A stretch of DNA of 64,000 nt from Parcubacteria group bacterium LiPW_15 (lineage in GTDB: Bacteria > Patescibacteriota > Minisyncoccia > UBA6257 > 2-01-FULL-56-20): assembly GCA_007375645.1 (NCBI GenBank), contig VMER01000002.1:29710-93709 (forward strand), read 5' to 3'. The position numbers and the translations under genes are program-made. The notes under the pieces are model-generated. The model searched no databases and had not been told where the DNA came from. It saw only the letters and a list, made by a program, of their open reading frames with translations. Below, one piece after another: positions 19,383-28,924 of this stretch; the first letter of the stretch is position 1; every line of letters starts with the position of its first letter.

Positions 19383-21206
19383 ATGATGCAAAACACATCA
19401 AGAAGGGGCGCCCAAAGAGGGCAAAGGTCAAATGCCCCCGCGGCACGCCATGCGTCCCAGGGACGCCCCGGCGCTCACCCGCAAAGACATACGCCTTCCA
19501 TTAAACCGGAAGCGGACCACACTTATAAACACGAGTCGAAAAAGGAGTCTGATCTCCGCTTTATTCCGCTCGGCGGACTGGAAGAGATCGGCAGAAATTG
19601 CTCGTATTTCGAATACGGCAACGAGATAGTTATCGTGGACGTCGGCATCCAGTTCCCTGAAGAAGCCACTCCAGGAATCGACTACATAATCCCGAATGTC
19701 GCCTCTCTTGAGAACCGGAAGCACGACATTAAGGCCATTATTCTAACCCATGGCCACTACGACCACATTGCCGCTATCCATTACTTGATAGAAAAATTCG
19801 GCAATCCGCCGATCCTAACTTCGAATTTCACCAAAGCGATGGTCGAGAAACGTCACGAAGAATTCACAAACGCGCCGCGGCTTAATTTTATAACCGTAAA
19901 AGACGGCTCTCGCGTTCCGGTCTCAGAACACTTGGTTGCGGAATTCTTTTCCGTAGGCCACACGATCCCAGAAGCGCTAGGGTTTATTTTGCACACTCCG
20001 GCGGGAAAAATGGTCAACTTCGGAGATTTTCGGCTGGACATAGACATACACGGCAAACCAACCCACATGGAAGCCTATGAGCGCCTGGCGAAAGAAGGCG
20101 TGCACACTGTTTTTATAGACAGCACAAACGCAGACTTCCCGGGCTATTCTCCGTCGGAGCGAACAGTAGAAAGGGAGTTGGAAAAGCTGATGGTAGGCGC
20201 AAAAGGACGCATAATTATCGCTACTTTTTCTTCGCTCGTAGATCGCCTTTTGGAAATAATCAAAATCGCGGCAAAACTTGGCCGGAAGGTGGCTGTTAAT
20301 GGCAGATCCATGATAACCAATTTGGAAATAGCCAAGCAGCTCGGCTATTTCAAGGATATAAAGTATGAAGCTATAAGCCTTGAAGAAATGAATAAGAATC
20401 GCGACGAAAACGTTCTCCTTCTTACCACCGGAGCGCAGGGCGAGGCCAACGCCGGGCTCATGCGCATTGTGCGGGGAGAACACAGAGTGGTTCATCTCAA
20501 ACCAACCGATACCATCATCTTTTCGTCTTCGGTTGTTCCGGGAAACGAACGCTCCGTTCAATCGCTCCAGGACAATATCGCGAGACAAGTGGATGAGGTT
20601 TACAACTCAAAGCTCTTGGATATTCACGCCGGAGGCCACGCCCATGGCGGAGACATAGAGCTCGTACTAAAAACCTTAAAACCGAAATTCGTCGTACCCT
20701 TTCACGCCTACTATTTCAAACGCAAAGCGGTTATAAAACTCGCTCGCGAAGCGGGAATCGAAAAAGAGAGGGTGATTATGATGGATAACGGTCAGGTAGC
20801 CCTGCTTACCCCGGATAAATTCACCGTAACCGACGAAACAGTTCCATCCTCCTATGTTATGGTTGATGGTCTTGGAGTCGGCGACGTGGAAGAAGTGGTG
20901 CTCCGCGACAGGTTGAACCTTGCCAAGGAAGGCATGGTGGTCATTATCGTCACGCTTGATAGAAGGAACGGCAGAGTTCTAAAAAATCCTGACATCATCT
21001 CCCGCGGATTTATCTATCTCAAAGACAACCAAACTATCCTTGAAGACATTAGAAAGAAAGTCCGCGCTGTTATCTCGAGGCTTCCCGCTCATCAGGAAGT
21101 GGAGACCGATTACTTGAAAACACTTATCCGCGATCAAGTCGGCCAGTTCCTCTACACCAAAACGAAAAGACGGCCGATGATTTTACCCGTCACGATAGAG
21201 GTTTAA
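19383..21206 (+). CDS. rnj: Ribonuclease J (beta-CASP MBL), with a roughly 70-aa basic N-terminal extension
   Basis: HGHYDHIAA motif-II region, beta-CASP and C-terminal domain. Start placed at ATGATG 19383 and is uncertain. Confidence 0.85.
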   Translation: MMQNTSRRGAQRGQRSNAPAARHASQGRPGAHPQRHTPSIKPEADHTYKHESKKESDLRFIPLGGLEEIGRNCSYFEYGNEIVIVDVGIQFPEEATPGIDYIIPNVASLENRKHDIKAIILTHGHYDHIAAIHYLIEKFGNPPILTSNFTKAMVEKRHEEFTNAPRLNFITVKDGSRVPVSEHLVAEFFSVGHTIPEALGFILHTPAGKMVNFGDFRLDIDIHGKPTHMEAYERLAKEGVHTVFIDSTNADFPGYSPSERTVERELEKLMVGAKGRIIIATFSSLVDRLLEIIKIAAKLGRKVAVNGRSMITNLEIAKQLGYFKDIKYEAISLEEMNKNRDENVLLLTTGAQGEANAGLMRIVRGEHRVVHLKPTDTIIFSSSVVPGNERSVQSLQDNIARQVDEVYNSKLLDIHAGGHAHGGDIELVLKTLKPKFVVPFHAYYFKRKAVIKLAREAGIEKERVIMMDNGQVALLTPDKFTVTDETVPSSYVMVDGLGVGDVEEVVLRDRLNLAKEGMVVIIVTLDRRNGRVLKNPDIISRGFIYLKDNQTILEDIRKKVRAVISRLPAHQEVETDYLKTLIRDQVGQFLYTKTKRRPMILPVTIEV

Positions 21207-21268
21207 GCTAAAAACTCCCGCGAGAGCGGGAGTTTTGATAGTCCCCAAAAATCCTATAAAATATAGGC

Positions 21269-22255
21269 ATGGCAAAACCGATACTTATTTCCGGCATCCA
21301 GCCCTCCGGCAAGCTCCACCTGGGCAACTACTTGGGCGCACTTAAAAACTTCGTCTCCCTCCAAAACTCCGGCAGATACCAGTGTTTCTTTTTTATCGCC
21401 GACCTGCACTCTTTAACTGAGGAATCCACGCCGAAGGAAAAGGCCAAGCAGATAATGGAACTCGTCGCAGACTATCTGGCGGTTGGGTTGGATCCAAAAA
21501 AATCCACAATATTTTTGCAGTCCTCCGTTCCAGCGCATTCCGAATTGGCTTGGATTTTAAACACCATCACCCCGATGGGCGAACTGAAAAGAATGACTCA
21601 GTTCAAAGATAAGGGAGGTGAAGCGGAAACAACCAATGTCGGCCTTTTTGATTATCCGGTCCTCATGGCCGCGGATATTTTGCTCTATGACTCGCAAGTC
21701 GTCCCCGTAGGCGATGACCAGCTCCAGCACCTGGAGCTCGCGCGGACCCTGGCCCGCAAATTCAATTCCAAGTTCGGAAAGACTTTTGTGGAACCCAAAC
21801 CGCTTTTGACCGAAATCCCCCGAGTGATGAGTCTCGACGCGCCGGATAAAAAAATGAGCAAGTCCCGCCCGGGCGGTTGTGTGTTCTTGGATGATTCCCC
21901 GGAAGAGATAAAAGAAAAAGTTAAGCGCGCAGTCACGGATTCCGAATCGGTTATCCGCTACGACGCCAAGAACAAGCCCGCGATTTCTAACCTCATGCGT
22001 CTTTACGGAGCGCTCTCCGGAGACTTGATGCCGGACCTTGAGAAGAAATTCCAAAATATGAATTATTCGGAACTAAAACTCGGACTCGCGAACACCATCG
22101 CCAACTATTTTGCTCCCTTCCGCGCCAAAAAAGCAGCGCTCAGAAAACAGCCGAAGATAATAGAAAAGGTTCTGAAAGCCGGCAACGCCAAGGCGCAAAA
22201 GATAGCCGCGAAGAAGATCGAGGTTGTAAAGAAAAAGATCGGTGTTGCGAAATAA
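21269..22255 (+). CDS. trpS: Tryptophan--tRNA ligase
   Basis: 328 aa. SGKLHLGNYLGA (HIGH-type) and KMSKS. Confidence 0.9.
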   Translation: MAKPILISGIQPSGKLHLGNYLGALKNFVSLQNSGRYQCFFFIADLHSLTEESTPKEKAKQIMELVADYLAVGLDPKKSTIFLQSSVPAHSELAWILNTITPMGELKRMTQFKDKGGEAETTNVGLFDYPVLMAADILLYDSQVVPVGDDQLQHLELARTLARKFNSKFGKTFVEPKPLLTEIPRVMSLDAPDKKMSKSRPGGCVFLDDSPEEIKEKVKRAVTDSESVIRYDAKNKPAISNLMRLYGALSGDLMPDLEKKFQNMNYSELKLGLANTIANYFAPFRAKKAALRKQPKIIEKVLKAGNAKAQKIAAKKIEVVKKKIGVAK

Positions 22256-22297
22256 TAAAATCTCGAAAGTTAAAAAACGACGTAAGCCGTTTTTTTG

Positions 22298-22326
22298 TTG
22301 ACACAAGAAAACCATCTTGCTATAAC
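22298..22326 (+). promoter_or_regulatory. Sigma70-like promoter. TTGACA, 17-nt spacer, TATAAC.
   Basis: ttgaca at 22298-22303 and tataac at 22321-22326, upstream of the CDS at 22355. Confidence 0.45.
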
Positions 22327-22354
22327 GCAACTAGTCTTTCGAAAGGAGAACCAT

Positions 22355-22879
22355 ATGGAACTCAAACGAAATGGTTTCCTCTACGGCTTCGCGTACGCTT
22401 GGGCAAAGAATCCCCCCGATCAGACAGGCTCCTTTAGATTCCCTGGGCGGCTGATCCTGTCGCTCTTCATCGGCTGGCCCATCATTGTGCCGCTCGCCTT
22501 CCTCTTTTTGGCAATGGTGCCCGCGCGGGATGGCCTGGAAGTCTGGGGCGCCTGGAGGAAACGCGTTGGCAGGGATGTGCCTCCCGCCTGCGTTGCTATA
22601 ATCGTCGCGGCCGCCATCGGCGCAGCCTGGGGAATGATCCTTTGGCTCCTCTGGTCATTCGGCGGAGTCGCCCTCCCCAAGGATCCTCCGCTGCCGCTTG
22701 CTCTTGTCATGCTCCTGGGTCTTTATGGCTGGTTTGTGGGTCTCTGCGCATCCGCCGTTGAAGTCCTGTGGTTGGGATACAAGATCATCCTGTGGCTGGG
22801 ACGCAGGATTCTCATCCGCACCAATACCATCCGAGCATCCCTGAAGAAAAAGTTCTGTTTTGTCATCCGTTTCGTGTAA
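22355..22879 (+). CDS. Hypothetical polytopic membrane protein
   Basis: SD gaaaggag lies 7 nt upstream of ATG 22355. About 4 TM helices. Confidence 0.5.
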   Translation: MELKRNGFLYGFAYAWAKNPPDQTGSFRFPGRLILSLFIGWPIIVPLAFLFLAMVPARDGLEVWGAWRKRVGRDVPPACVAIIVAAAIGAAWGMILWLLWSFGGVALPKDPPLPLALVMLLGLYGWFVGLCASAVEVLWLGYKIILWLGRRILIRTNTIRASLKKKFCFVIRFV

Positions 22880-22886
22880 CGAAACA

Positions 22887-22916
22887 CCCCGCGCTTACGA
22901 CGCGGGGCTTTATTTT
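22887..22916 (+). terminator. Rho-independent terminator. CCCCGCG-cttacga-CGCGGGG plus T-tract.
   Basis: 7-bp GC stem followed by ctttatttt. Confidence 0.6.
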
Positions 22917-22934
22917 CAATAACCCGCCAAGCAA

Positions 22935-25900
22935 TTAGCCCTTCCTGAGTCCCAGCCAGGCTTCCGCTCCGTCGAACTTGGTCGCTATTTCCGCGTCGAA
23001 TTTACCGCTCTTCTTGTATTCGATTCCTTTGGCGCCAACCTCCATTTTTATTTTTGCTTCGCTGTTTTGAGCCGCAAGTTCCATGTCGGCGGGGAGCGCG
23101 AGCATCAAAAATACTTTGTCTTTCGGCGAAAGTTTGGCGCTCTGCCTGAGTTCTTGGACGGCGCGCATCACTTCGCGGACCAATCCCTCTTCCTTGAGCT
23201 CGGCAGTAATTTCTTTGTCCAATTCCACTTCGCCCTCGATTCCTTTTTTAGACGCAACCTCTTTTACGTTCACTTCGTCGCGGATAATATCCAAAATTTC
23301 TTTGTCTTTTATTATCTTCGCGGAAGATTCTTTTATCCAGAGAGTTTTCAAGGGTTGGCGAACTTTTATTCCCGCGGCGGCCCTGGCAGCGAGACCGAGA
23401 CTCGAAACCTTGCGCGCCTCTTTCATTTGCGCGAGAAGCGATTCACTTTTTATTTCCGCGATCTTCGGCCAATCCGCGAGATGCACGGATTCTTTCTTTT
23501 TACCGGCAAAAGACAAAAGCTCCAAATACATCGCTTCGCTCATGAACGGCATAAAGGGAGCGGCGAGCTTTTGGAGATTCAGGAGGGCAAAATAGAGGGT
23601 ATCCGAAGCGGCGGCAAAGTCCTTTTTATCTTCCGCTTTTTGGAAGCGGCGCCTGGAGCGGCGGATATACCAGCGGGAAAGATCGTCCGTAAATTCCTCC
23701 AGCGCCAAAGCCGCGTTTCTCACATCGTATTTTTCCAAAGACTCGGTAACGATCTTCGCCGCCTCCGAAAGCCGCGCGCTTATCCAGCGATCCAAAATAT
23801 TTTTAGAAACCCCAGGCTTCGGCGAAGGCTTCTTTCCGTAGGTGCGGAAAAATACCAAAGAGTTGAATGCCAGCATGTGGAATTTCCTGTAGCTCTTCAA
23901 TATCTCCAGCTCGTCAAAATTCTTCGGCTCTCCCGCCGGATTGACGGTGTAGAAATACCAGCGGACCGCGTCTACCCCGTATTTCTCTATCATATCCCAG
24001 GGGCTTACCACGTTCCCTATATGCTTGCTCATCTTTTGCCCGTTCTTGTCGTGAATGAGGCCGAGCGATATCACGTTTTTGAAAGGCTCTTTATATCCCA
24101 AAAGGGTCGCCAAAGCCAAAAGCGTGTAGAACCAGCCGCGGGTCTGGTCCATCGCCTCGCAGATATAGTCCGCGGGATAATTTATTTTATTAATAAGCGA
24201 AAGCTCTTTGGCCCCGGGAATTGTCCCCTTCTTCATTTGCTTGAACGGAAAATGTTCTTCGGCCAGCGGCATCGCGCCGGAATCCAACCACACATCCGCG
24301 ACCTCCTTCACCCTTTTCATTTCCTCTCCGCAGGCCGGGCAGGAAACCGCGATAGAATCCACATAGGGGCGGTGCATATCCAGTTCTCCGAATTCATTCA
24401 TCGGTAAGTTGGGAACTTTTACTTTCCGAACCTCGCCGATCTTTATATAGTGCTCGCTCGCGAATTTTTCCCTCGGCAAAAGCGAAAGGGTAGATTCCAA
24501 TATCCACAAAGGGTCGCCGTGGCTTACGACCACAATTCTTTTCCCACGATATTTGGTGTTTATTTTTTTGGCAAAATCAAAAGTGCGCTTGATAACGTCG
24601 GAAAGCGTCTCTCCTCCCGGCGCGGACTTCACAAACCGCTCCATGGGATTCTTAAAGAACTTTCTGTAGTCCCTTACCTTGCGCCAATTAAAAGATCCCG
24701 CGTTAAGTTCCACGAGCCGCTCATCAACGATTATCTTCGCTCCGGTGGTTTTTTTGATTATTTCCGCGAGATCCATACAGCGCGCGTAAGGCGAGGAGTA
24801 AATGATATCTATCTTTTCTTTGACGAGCTTCGCGGCGATCTTTTCGCCGTCCTTAATTCCTTTTTTGGTGAGATGCGATACATGCTTGCCGCTCTCTTCT
24901 CCCGAGGCGATAACCCCGGTCAAAATATGGTCCGCTTCGGTGTGGCGCACAAAATAAAATTGATTCTTGTGGACATCGTTTGCGCTGAGTTCCGCGCGGC
25001 TTCCGATGGTCTTCATCGCATCGCAATGACTGCAGCGCCAGATCGGCAAAGGCGTACCCCAATAGCGTTCGCGCGAAATTGACCAATCCTTAGCCTCTTT
25101 GAGCCACTCCCCGAACCGGCCCTCTTTAAGATGCGCGGGCTCCCAGTTGATCCCCTCGTTTCTTTCTCGAAGTTCTTTCCGAAGCCGGCTGACCTCAAAG
25201 AACCAGGCTTTCCTCGCGAAATATATGAGTGGGGCATTGCAACGCCAGCAGAACGGATATTCGTGCTCAACTTTTCCGGACAGGTACATTATTCCCCTCT
25301 TTATAAGATCGGCGGAGATATCATTGTCCGCTTCTTTTATAAATTTTCCGGATCCGGGAAGGTCTCCCGTCACACGTCCTTCGCCATCGATAGTCGCGAT
25401 CACTTCCATCTTCGGGTAATGCGCCGCGACCAGCTTGAAATCGTCCTCGCCGAAAGCCGGAGCGATATGCACGAATCCGGTTCCATCCTCGGTAGAGATA
25501 AAATCCGCCGGTAAGATCTTATACATTTCTTTTTTGTCCGCGCCGGGCACATCAAAGATCGGCTCATAAGAAAGGCCTAAAAGTTTGGCGCCGGATATTT
25601 TTTCCACCGCTTCTATTTCCGGAGTTGAACCGTCCTCCGACTTGGGAGTCGGCGGCGCGGAATAGGACCACAAATAATCCTGCCCAACTTTATATTTTGT
25701 ATAGGTGAGCTTCGCGTCCGCTGCAATGAACATGTTGGATGGCAGGGTCCACGGGGTTGTCGTCCAAACCAAAATATATTCGTTGTTATTCTTCGAACCC
25801 GGCCGTTTCAAGCGAAATTTAATATAGACGGAAGGATCCGGAACTTTTTTATAGACGTCCGGCTGGGCAAGTTCGTGGCTTGAAAGCGCAGTCTGACAGC

Positions 25901-26462
25901 GAGGACAATAAGGCACGATTCTCCGGCTCTCTTTCAAAAATCCGCGATCGGAAATGACTTTGAATATCCACCATAAACTTTCGATGTAGTCGTTATCGTA
26001 GGTGATATAGGGGTCTTCCATGCTGAGCCAGTAGCCCATCCGGTCGGTAAGGCGCTCCCACTCATCTTTATACTTCCAAACCGATTCCTTGGCTTTCTGG
26101 TTAAAAAGATCGATGCCGAATTTCTCGATATCCCGCTTGGTTTTGAGACCCAGTTCCTTTTCCACGCCCACCTCCACCGGAAGCCCGTGCGTGTCCCAGC
26201 CGGCTTTGCGGGGCACATAAAAACCTCGCATCGTTTTATAGCGCAAAATAATATCTTTAAAAGCCCGCGCGAGTACGTGGTGGATGCCCGGACGGCCGTT
26301 AGCGGTCGGCGGACCCTCGTAAAATACAAACTCCTTCCGCCCCTTGCGCTTGGCCAAACTTTTTTTGAAAGTCTTGTCGGCCTTCCAGTACTCCAGAACC
26401 TTCTCTTCGGTTTTGGGTAGGCTAAAATCTCCTTTAAAGTCCAACATTAGTTTTTTTATCAT
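22935..26462 (-). CDS. ileS: Isoleucine--tRNA ligase (type-2 / eukaryote-like) carrying an inserted histidine-phosphatase domain
   Basis: KDIILRYKTMRGFYVPRKAGWDTHGLPVE, WxISRERYWGTPLPIW, KMSKH and DVWLDSG all match the IleRS type-2 pattern. Residues about 505-700 (nt about 24389-24974) match the His_Phos_1 pattern: VRHTEADH .. LT..G .. DIIYSSPYARC .. VVVSHGDP. Start is uncertain, at 26462 or 26447. Confidence 0.8.
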   Translation of the reverse strand: MIKKLMLDFKGDFSLPKTEEKVLEYWKADKTFKKSLAKRKGRKEFVFYEGPPTANGRPGIHHVLARAFKDIILRYKTMRGFYVPRKAGWDTHGLPVEVGVEKELGLKTKRDIEKFGIDLFNQKAKESVWKYKDEWERLTDRMGYWLSMEDPYITYDNDYIESLWWIFKVISDRGFLKESRRIVPYCPRCQTALSSHELAQPDVYKKVPDPSVYIKFRLKRPGSKNNNEYILVWTTTPWTLPSNMFIAADAKLTYTKYKVGQDYLWSYSAPPTPKSEDGSTPEIEAVEKISGAKLLGLSYEPIFDVPGADKKEMYKILPADFISTEDGTGFVHIAPAFGEDDFKLVAAHYPKMEVIATIDGEGRVTGDLPGSGKFIKEADNDISADLIKRGIMYLSGKVEHEYPFCWRCNAPLIYFARKAWFFEVSRLRKELRERNEGINWEPAHLKEGRFGEWLKEAKDWSISRERYWGTPLPIWRCSHCDAMKTIGSRAELSANDVHKNQFYFVRHTEADHILTGVIASGEESGKHVSHLTKKGIKDGEKIAAKLVKEKIDIIYSSPYARCMDLAEIIKKTTGAKIIVDERLVELNAGSFNWRKVRDYRKFFKNPMERFVKSAPGGETLSDVIKRTFDFAKKINTKYRGKRIVVVSHGDPLWILESTLSLLPREKFASEHYIKIGEVRKVKVPNLPMNEFGELDMHRPYVDSIAVSCPACGEEMKRVKEVADVWLDSGAMPLAEEHFPFKQMKKGTIPGAKELSLINKINYPADYICEAMDQTRGWFYTLLALATLLGYKEPFKNVISLGLIHDKNGQKMSKHIGNVVSPWDMIEKYGVDAVRWYFYTVNPAGEPKNFDELEILKSYRKFHMLAFNSLVFFRTYGKKPSPKPGVSKNILDRWISARLSEAAKIVTESLEKYDVRNAALALEEFTDDLSRWYIRRSRRRFQKAEDKKDFAAASDTLYFALLNLQKLAAPFMPFMSEAMYLELLSFAGKKKESVHLADWPKIAEIKSESLLAQMKEARKVSSLGLAARAAAGIKVRQPLKTLWIKESSAKIIKDKEILDIIRDEVNVKEVASKKGIEGEVELDKEITAELKEEGLVREVMRAVQELRQSAKLSPKDKVFLMLALPADMELAAQNSEAKIKMEVGAKGIEYKKSGKFDAEIATKFDGAEAWLGLRKG

Positions 26463-26522
26463 ATAGCAAAGTTTTGCCCTTCGCAATTTCGCGGGGTTTT
26501 ATATATTACTCAAGTTCCCGCA

Positions 26523-28220
26523 TTAAATCTCCTCCGGCGAGCTAATGCCCAAAATCGACAAGCCGGTCTTCAAAACATTCCGAACCGCGTCAATAAGCAC
26601 CAACCGGGCATTAAGCCTGGCCTTATCCGCATCTTTTAAGATCGGCGTGGTCTCGTAAAAGCGATTGCCGAGATTCGCGAGCTCATATAAATAGAGGGTA
26701 ATGTTATTGACGCCGAACTGCTCGGCGCTCTTTTCTATTTCTTCCGGAAAATCCAAAAGCTTCTTTACGAGAGCCATCTCTTCGGGATTCGACAGCCTCG
26801 TAAGATCATAGTTGCCTATTCTTTTCGCTTTTTTTATTACCCTCGAAAGCCTTGCGAATGTGTATTGGAGGTACGGCCCACTCTGCCCCGAAAGCGAAAG
26901 CATCTTCTCCCAATCAAAAACTATGTCGCTGTGCCGATGTTCTTTGAGGTTGAAATACTTCAAGGCTCCGACACCGACGCTTTCGGATATCTTATCCGCC
27001 TTTTTTGCCGCCATCTCCGGATTCTTTTTTGAAACCACTTCTTTGGCGAGCGCTTTAACTTTGTCTATCACCTCTTCCGCGGAAACCACGCGGCCCTCCC
27101 TGGTTGAAAACTTCTTTCCTCCCTCGGCTAGAACTAACCCGTATTTTATATGGTGAAGTTCGGCCAATTTATCCAGGCCCAAAATATTAGCTACCGCGAA
27201 AAGCTGTTCGAACTGGAATGTCTGTTCGTTGCCTATCACATACAATATCTTCGCGGGTTTATATTTTTTAAGCCGGTAGCGGATGTTCGCAATGTCGCGC
27301 GTGAGGTAAAGACTCGCCCCGTCGGATTTCTGAATAAGTCCGGGTAATAGATTGTATTTGTCGAGCGGAATGACTACCGCGCCTTCGCTCTTGACCGCAA
27401 TCCCCTTCTCGAGCATTTCCGCGATAAGCGGAGTCATCTGACGCTCGTAAAAACTCTCCCCCAGCCAGACGTCGAACTCGGCGCCCAAGAGCTTGTACAT
27501 TTTTTTGAATTCCAAAAGCGATTCTTTTTTGAACCATTCCCAAAGTTTGCGGTTCTCTTTGTTACCGCTCTCAAGTTTCTGGAATTCCTCTCTCGCCTTC
27601 ACCTCCAGCGTCTCGTCGGACTTCGCCTCATCGTGAAACTTAATATATAGAGCGGTCATAGCCGCGATTGGCTCTTTCTCTATTTCCTTTCTATTCCCCC
27701 AGAGTTTGTAGGCCACAATAAGCTTACCGAACTGCGTCCCCCAGTCGCCCAAATAATTCCAGCGGACCACTTTGTAACCCAAGGCTTCGAAGACATTCGC
27801 GAGCGAATCGCCGAGGATGGTGTTTCGCAAATGCCCCACATGCATCGGTTTCGCGATATTATTGGAAGAATGCTCCACTATTATCCTTTTTCCTTTTCCG
27901 ATGTTGCTCCGGCCAAACTTCTTTTTATTTTTATAAATTGCGAGTAGCTCTTTGCGCAGAAACTCATCCGAAAGCCAGAAATTCAAAAATCCGGGCGCCA
28001 CGGTTTCGATTTTCGAAAAAAGTCCTTTGGGCGCGGAGTTCAAAATTTTCTCTTTAAGTTCTTCGGCAATATTAAGCGGAGCCTTCTTCTCTATCGGCGC
28101 AAGCCGCATAGCAACGTTCGTGGAATAATGGCCAAACTCGGAATGTGCGGGAATGGAAATCTCCGCCGGAAATCCGGATGGTATAAATTCTTTTATTGTT
28201 TTTTCTATTAATTCTTTCAT
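26523..28220 (-). CDS. argS: Arginine--tRNA ligase
   Basis: HVGHLR class-I motif, the ArgRS N-terminal add-1 domain and a DALR-like C-terminus. Start trimmed to MKELIEK (28220). Confidence 0.9.
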   Translation of the reverse strand: MKELIEKTIKEFIPSGFPAEISIPAHSEFGHYSTNVAMRLAPIEKKAPLNIAEELKEKILNSAPKGLFSKIETVAPGFLNFWLSDEFLRKELLAIYKNKKKFGRSNIGKGKRIIVEHSSNNIAKPMHVGHLRNTILGDSLANVFEALGYKVVRWNYLGDWGTQFGKLIVAYKLWGNRKEIEKEPIAAMTALYIKFHDEAKSDETLEVKAREEFQKLESGNKENRKLWEWFKKESLLEFKKMYKLLGAEFDVWLGESFYERQMTPLIAEMLEKGIAVKSEGAVVIPLDKYNLLPGLIQKSDGASLYLTRDIANIRYRLKKYKPAKILYVIGNEQTFQFEQLFAVANILGLDKLAELHHIKYGLVLAEGGKKFSTREGRVVSAEEVIDKVKALAKEVVSKKNPEMAAKKADKISESVGVGALKYFNLKEHRHSDIVFDWEKMLSLSGQSGPYLQYTFARLSRVIKKAKRIGNYDLTRLSNPEEMALVKKLLDFPEEIEKSAEQFGVNNITLYLYELANLGNRFYETTPILKDADKARLNARLVLIDAVRNVLKTGLSILGISSPEEI

Positions 28221-28252
28221 TTTGTGGCCAACGTATCTCTGCCTTCCGGCTC

Positions 28253-28280
28253 TTGACGAAATAACGCCCCTGCGTATACT
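28253..28280 (+). promoter_or_regulatory. Sigma70-like promoter. TTGACG, 16-nt spacer, TATACT.
   Basis: ttgacg at 28253-28258 and tatact at 28275-28280. Divergent from argS. Precedes a GC-rich unit that ends in an intrinsic terminator. Confidence 0.4.
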
Positions 28281-28286
28281 TGTCAT

Positions 28287-28419
28287 TGGTCTTTGCTTGG
28301 GTTGTCGCTGGGCACCGTTCGCACCGCCGCACACCCTCCTTTCTGCGCGTTGCTCGCCCCCCTCGCAAACACCACCGCGGTGATTGGGTCCCTGCCGGAC
28401 CTGGTCACCGCCTTTTTTT
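28287..28419 (+). ncRNA. Candidate small RNA or transcription-attenuator leader upstream of smpB (about 130 nt)
   Basis: Its own promoter, a C-rich body (caccctcctttctgcgcgttgctcgcccccctcgc) and a 13-bp stem (28379-28391 / 28397-28409) followed by T7 (28413-28419). No plausible CDS. Confidence 0.3.
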
Positions 28420-28453
28420 ATTTAATCGCTTCTTATTAGAATACAGCCCCTTT

Positions 28454-28924
28454 ATGCCGGCCGCAAATAACCGTATCATTAAACGTATGGGCGCTTTAGC
28501 GGAGAACAGAAAAGCTAGGTTCGATTATGAAATATTGGAAACCCTTGAATCCGGGGTGGAGCTTTTTGGTTTTGAAGTAAAGTCTGTTCGCGCCGGAAGA
28601 ATGGAGCTTCCCGGAAGCTATGTGATAATCCGCGGCGGAGAAGCCTATTTGGTGAATGCGAAGATTCCCGCCTATCAACCGAAAAACGCGCCCGAGGGTT
28701 ACGATCCGACCCGCGCCCGCCGGCTTCTTCTCCACAAAGAACAGATAAGCCGTCTCACGGGATTTTTGGAAACCAACCACTACCTTATCCCCCTCTCGAC
28801 TCATTCCAAAAAAGGATTGATAAAACTGGAACTCGGTCTGGCGCGCAAACGAAAGAAATCCGATAAACGTGAAGTTATAAAAAAACGCGAAGTCCAAAAA
28901 AAGATCCGCGCGCGCGAAGACTAA
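28454..28924 (+). CDS. smpB: SsrA-binding protein SmpB
   Basis: ENRKARFDYEILE .. FGFEVKSVRAG .. LLLHKEQI .. LIPLS.HSKKGLIKLELGLARKRKKSDKR. Confidence 0.85.
   Translation: MPAANNRIIKRMGALAENRKARFDYEILETLESGVELFGFEVKSVRAGRMELPGSYVIIRGGEAYLVNAKIPAYQPKNAPEGYDPTRARRLLLHKEQISRLTGFLETNHYLIPLSTHSKKGLIKLELGLARKRKKSDKREVIKKREVQKKIRARED

Noticed and set aside
19069-19446. 125-aa minus-strand ORF overlapping tRNA-Leu
   Set aside because: It covers a clear tRNA gene and hairpins and is spurious.
23067-25514. Several plus-strand ORFs (446 aa, 210 aa, 170 aa, 127 aa) antisense to ileS
   Set aside because: They lie entirely inside the IleRS coding region on the opposite strand. They have low-complexity or R-rich translations and are spurious.
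28280-28453. N-terminal 58-aa extension of smpB (track ORF 28280..28924), and the MCGGANG.. extension of argS
   Set aside because: The smpB extension reads through a 13-bp terminator hairpin and carries no SmpB homology. The conserved SmpB and ArgRS N-termini begin at 28454 and 28220.
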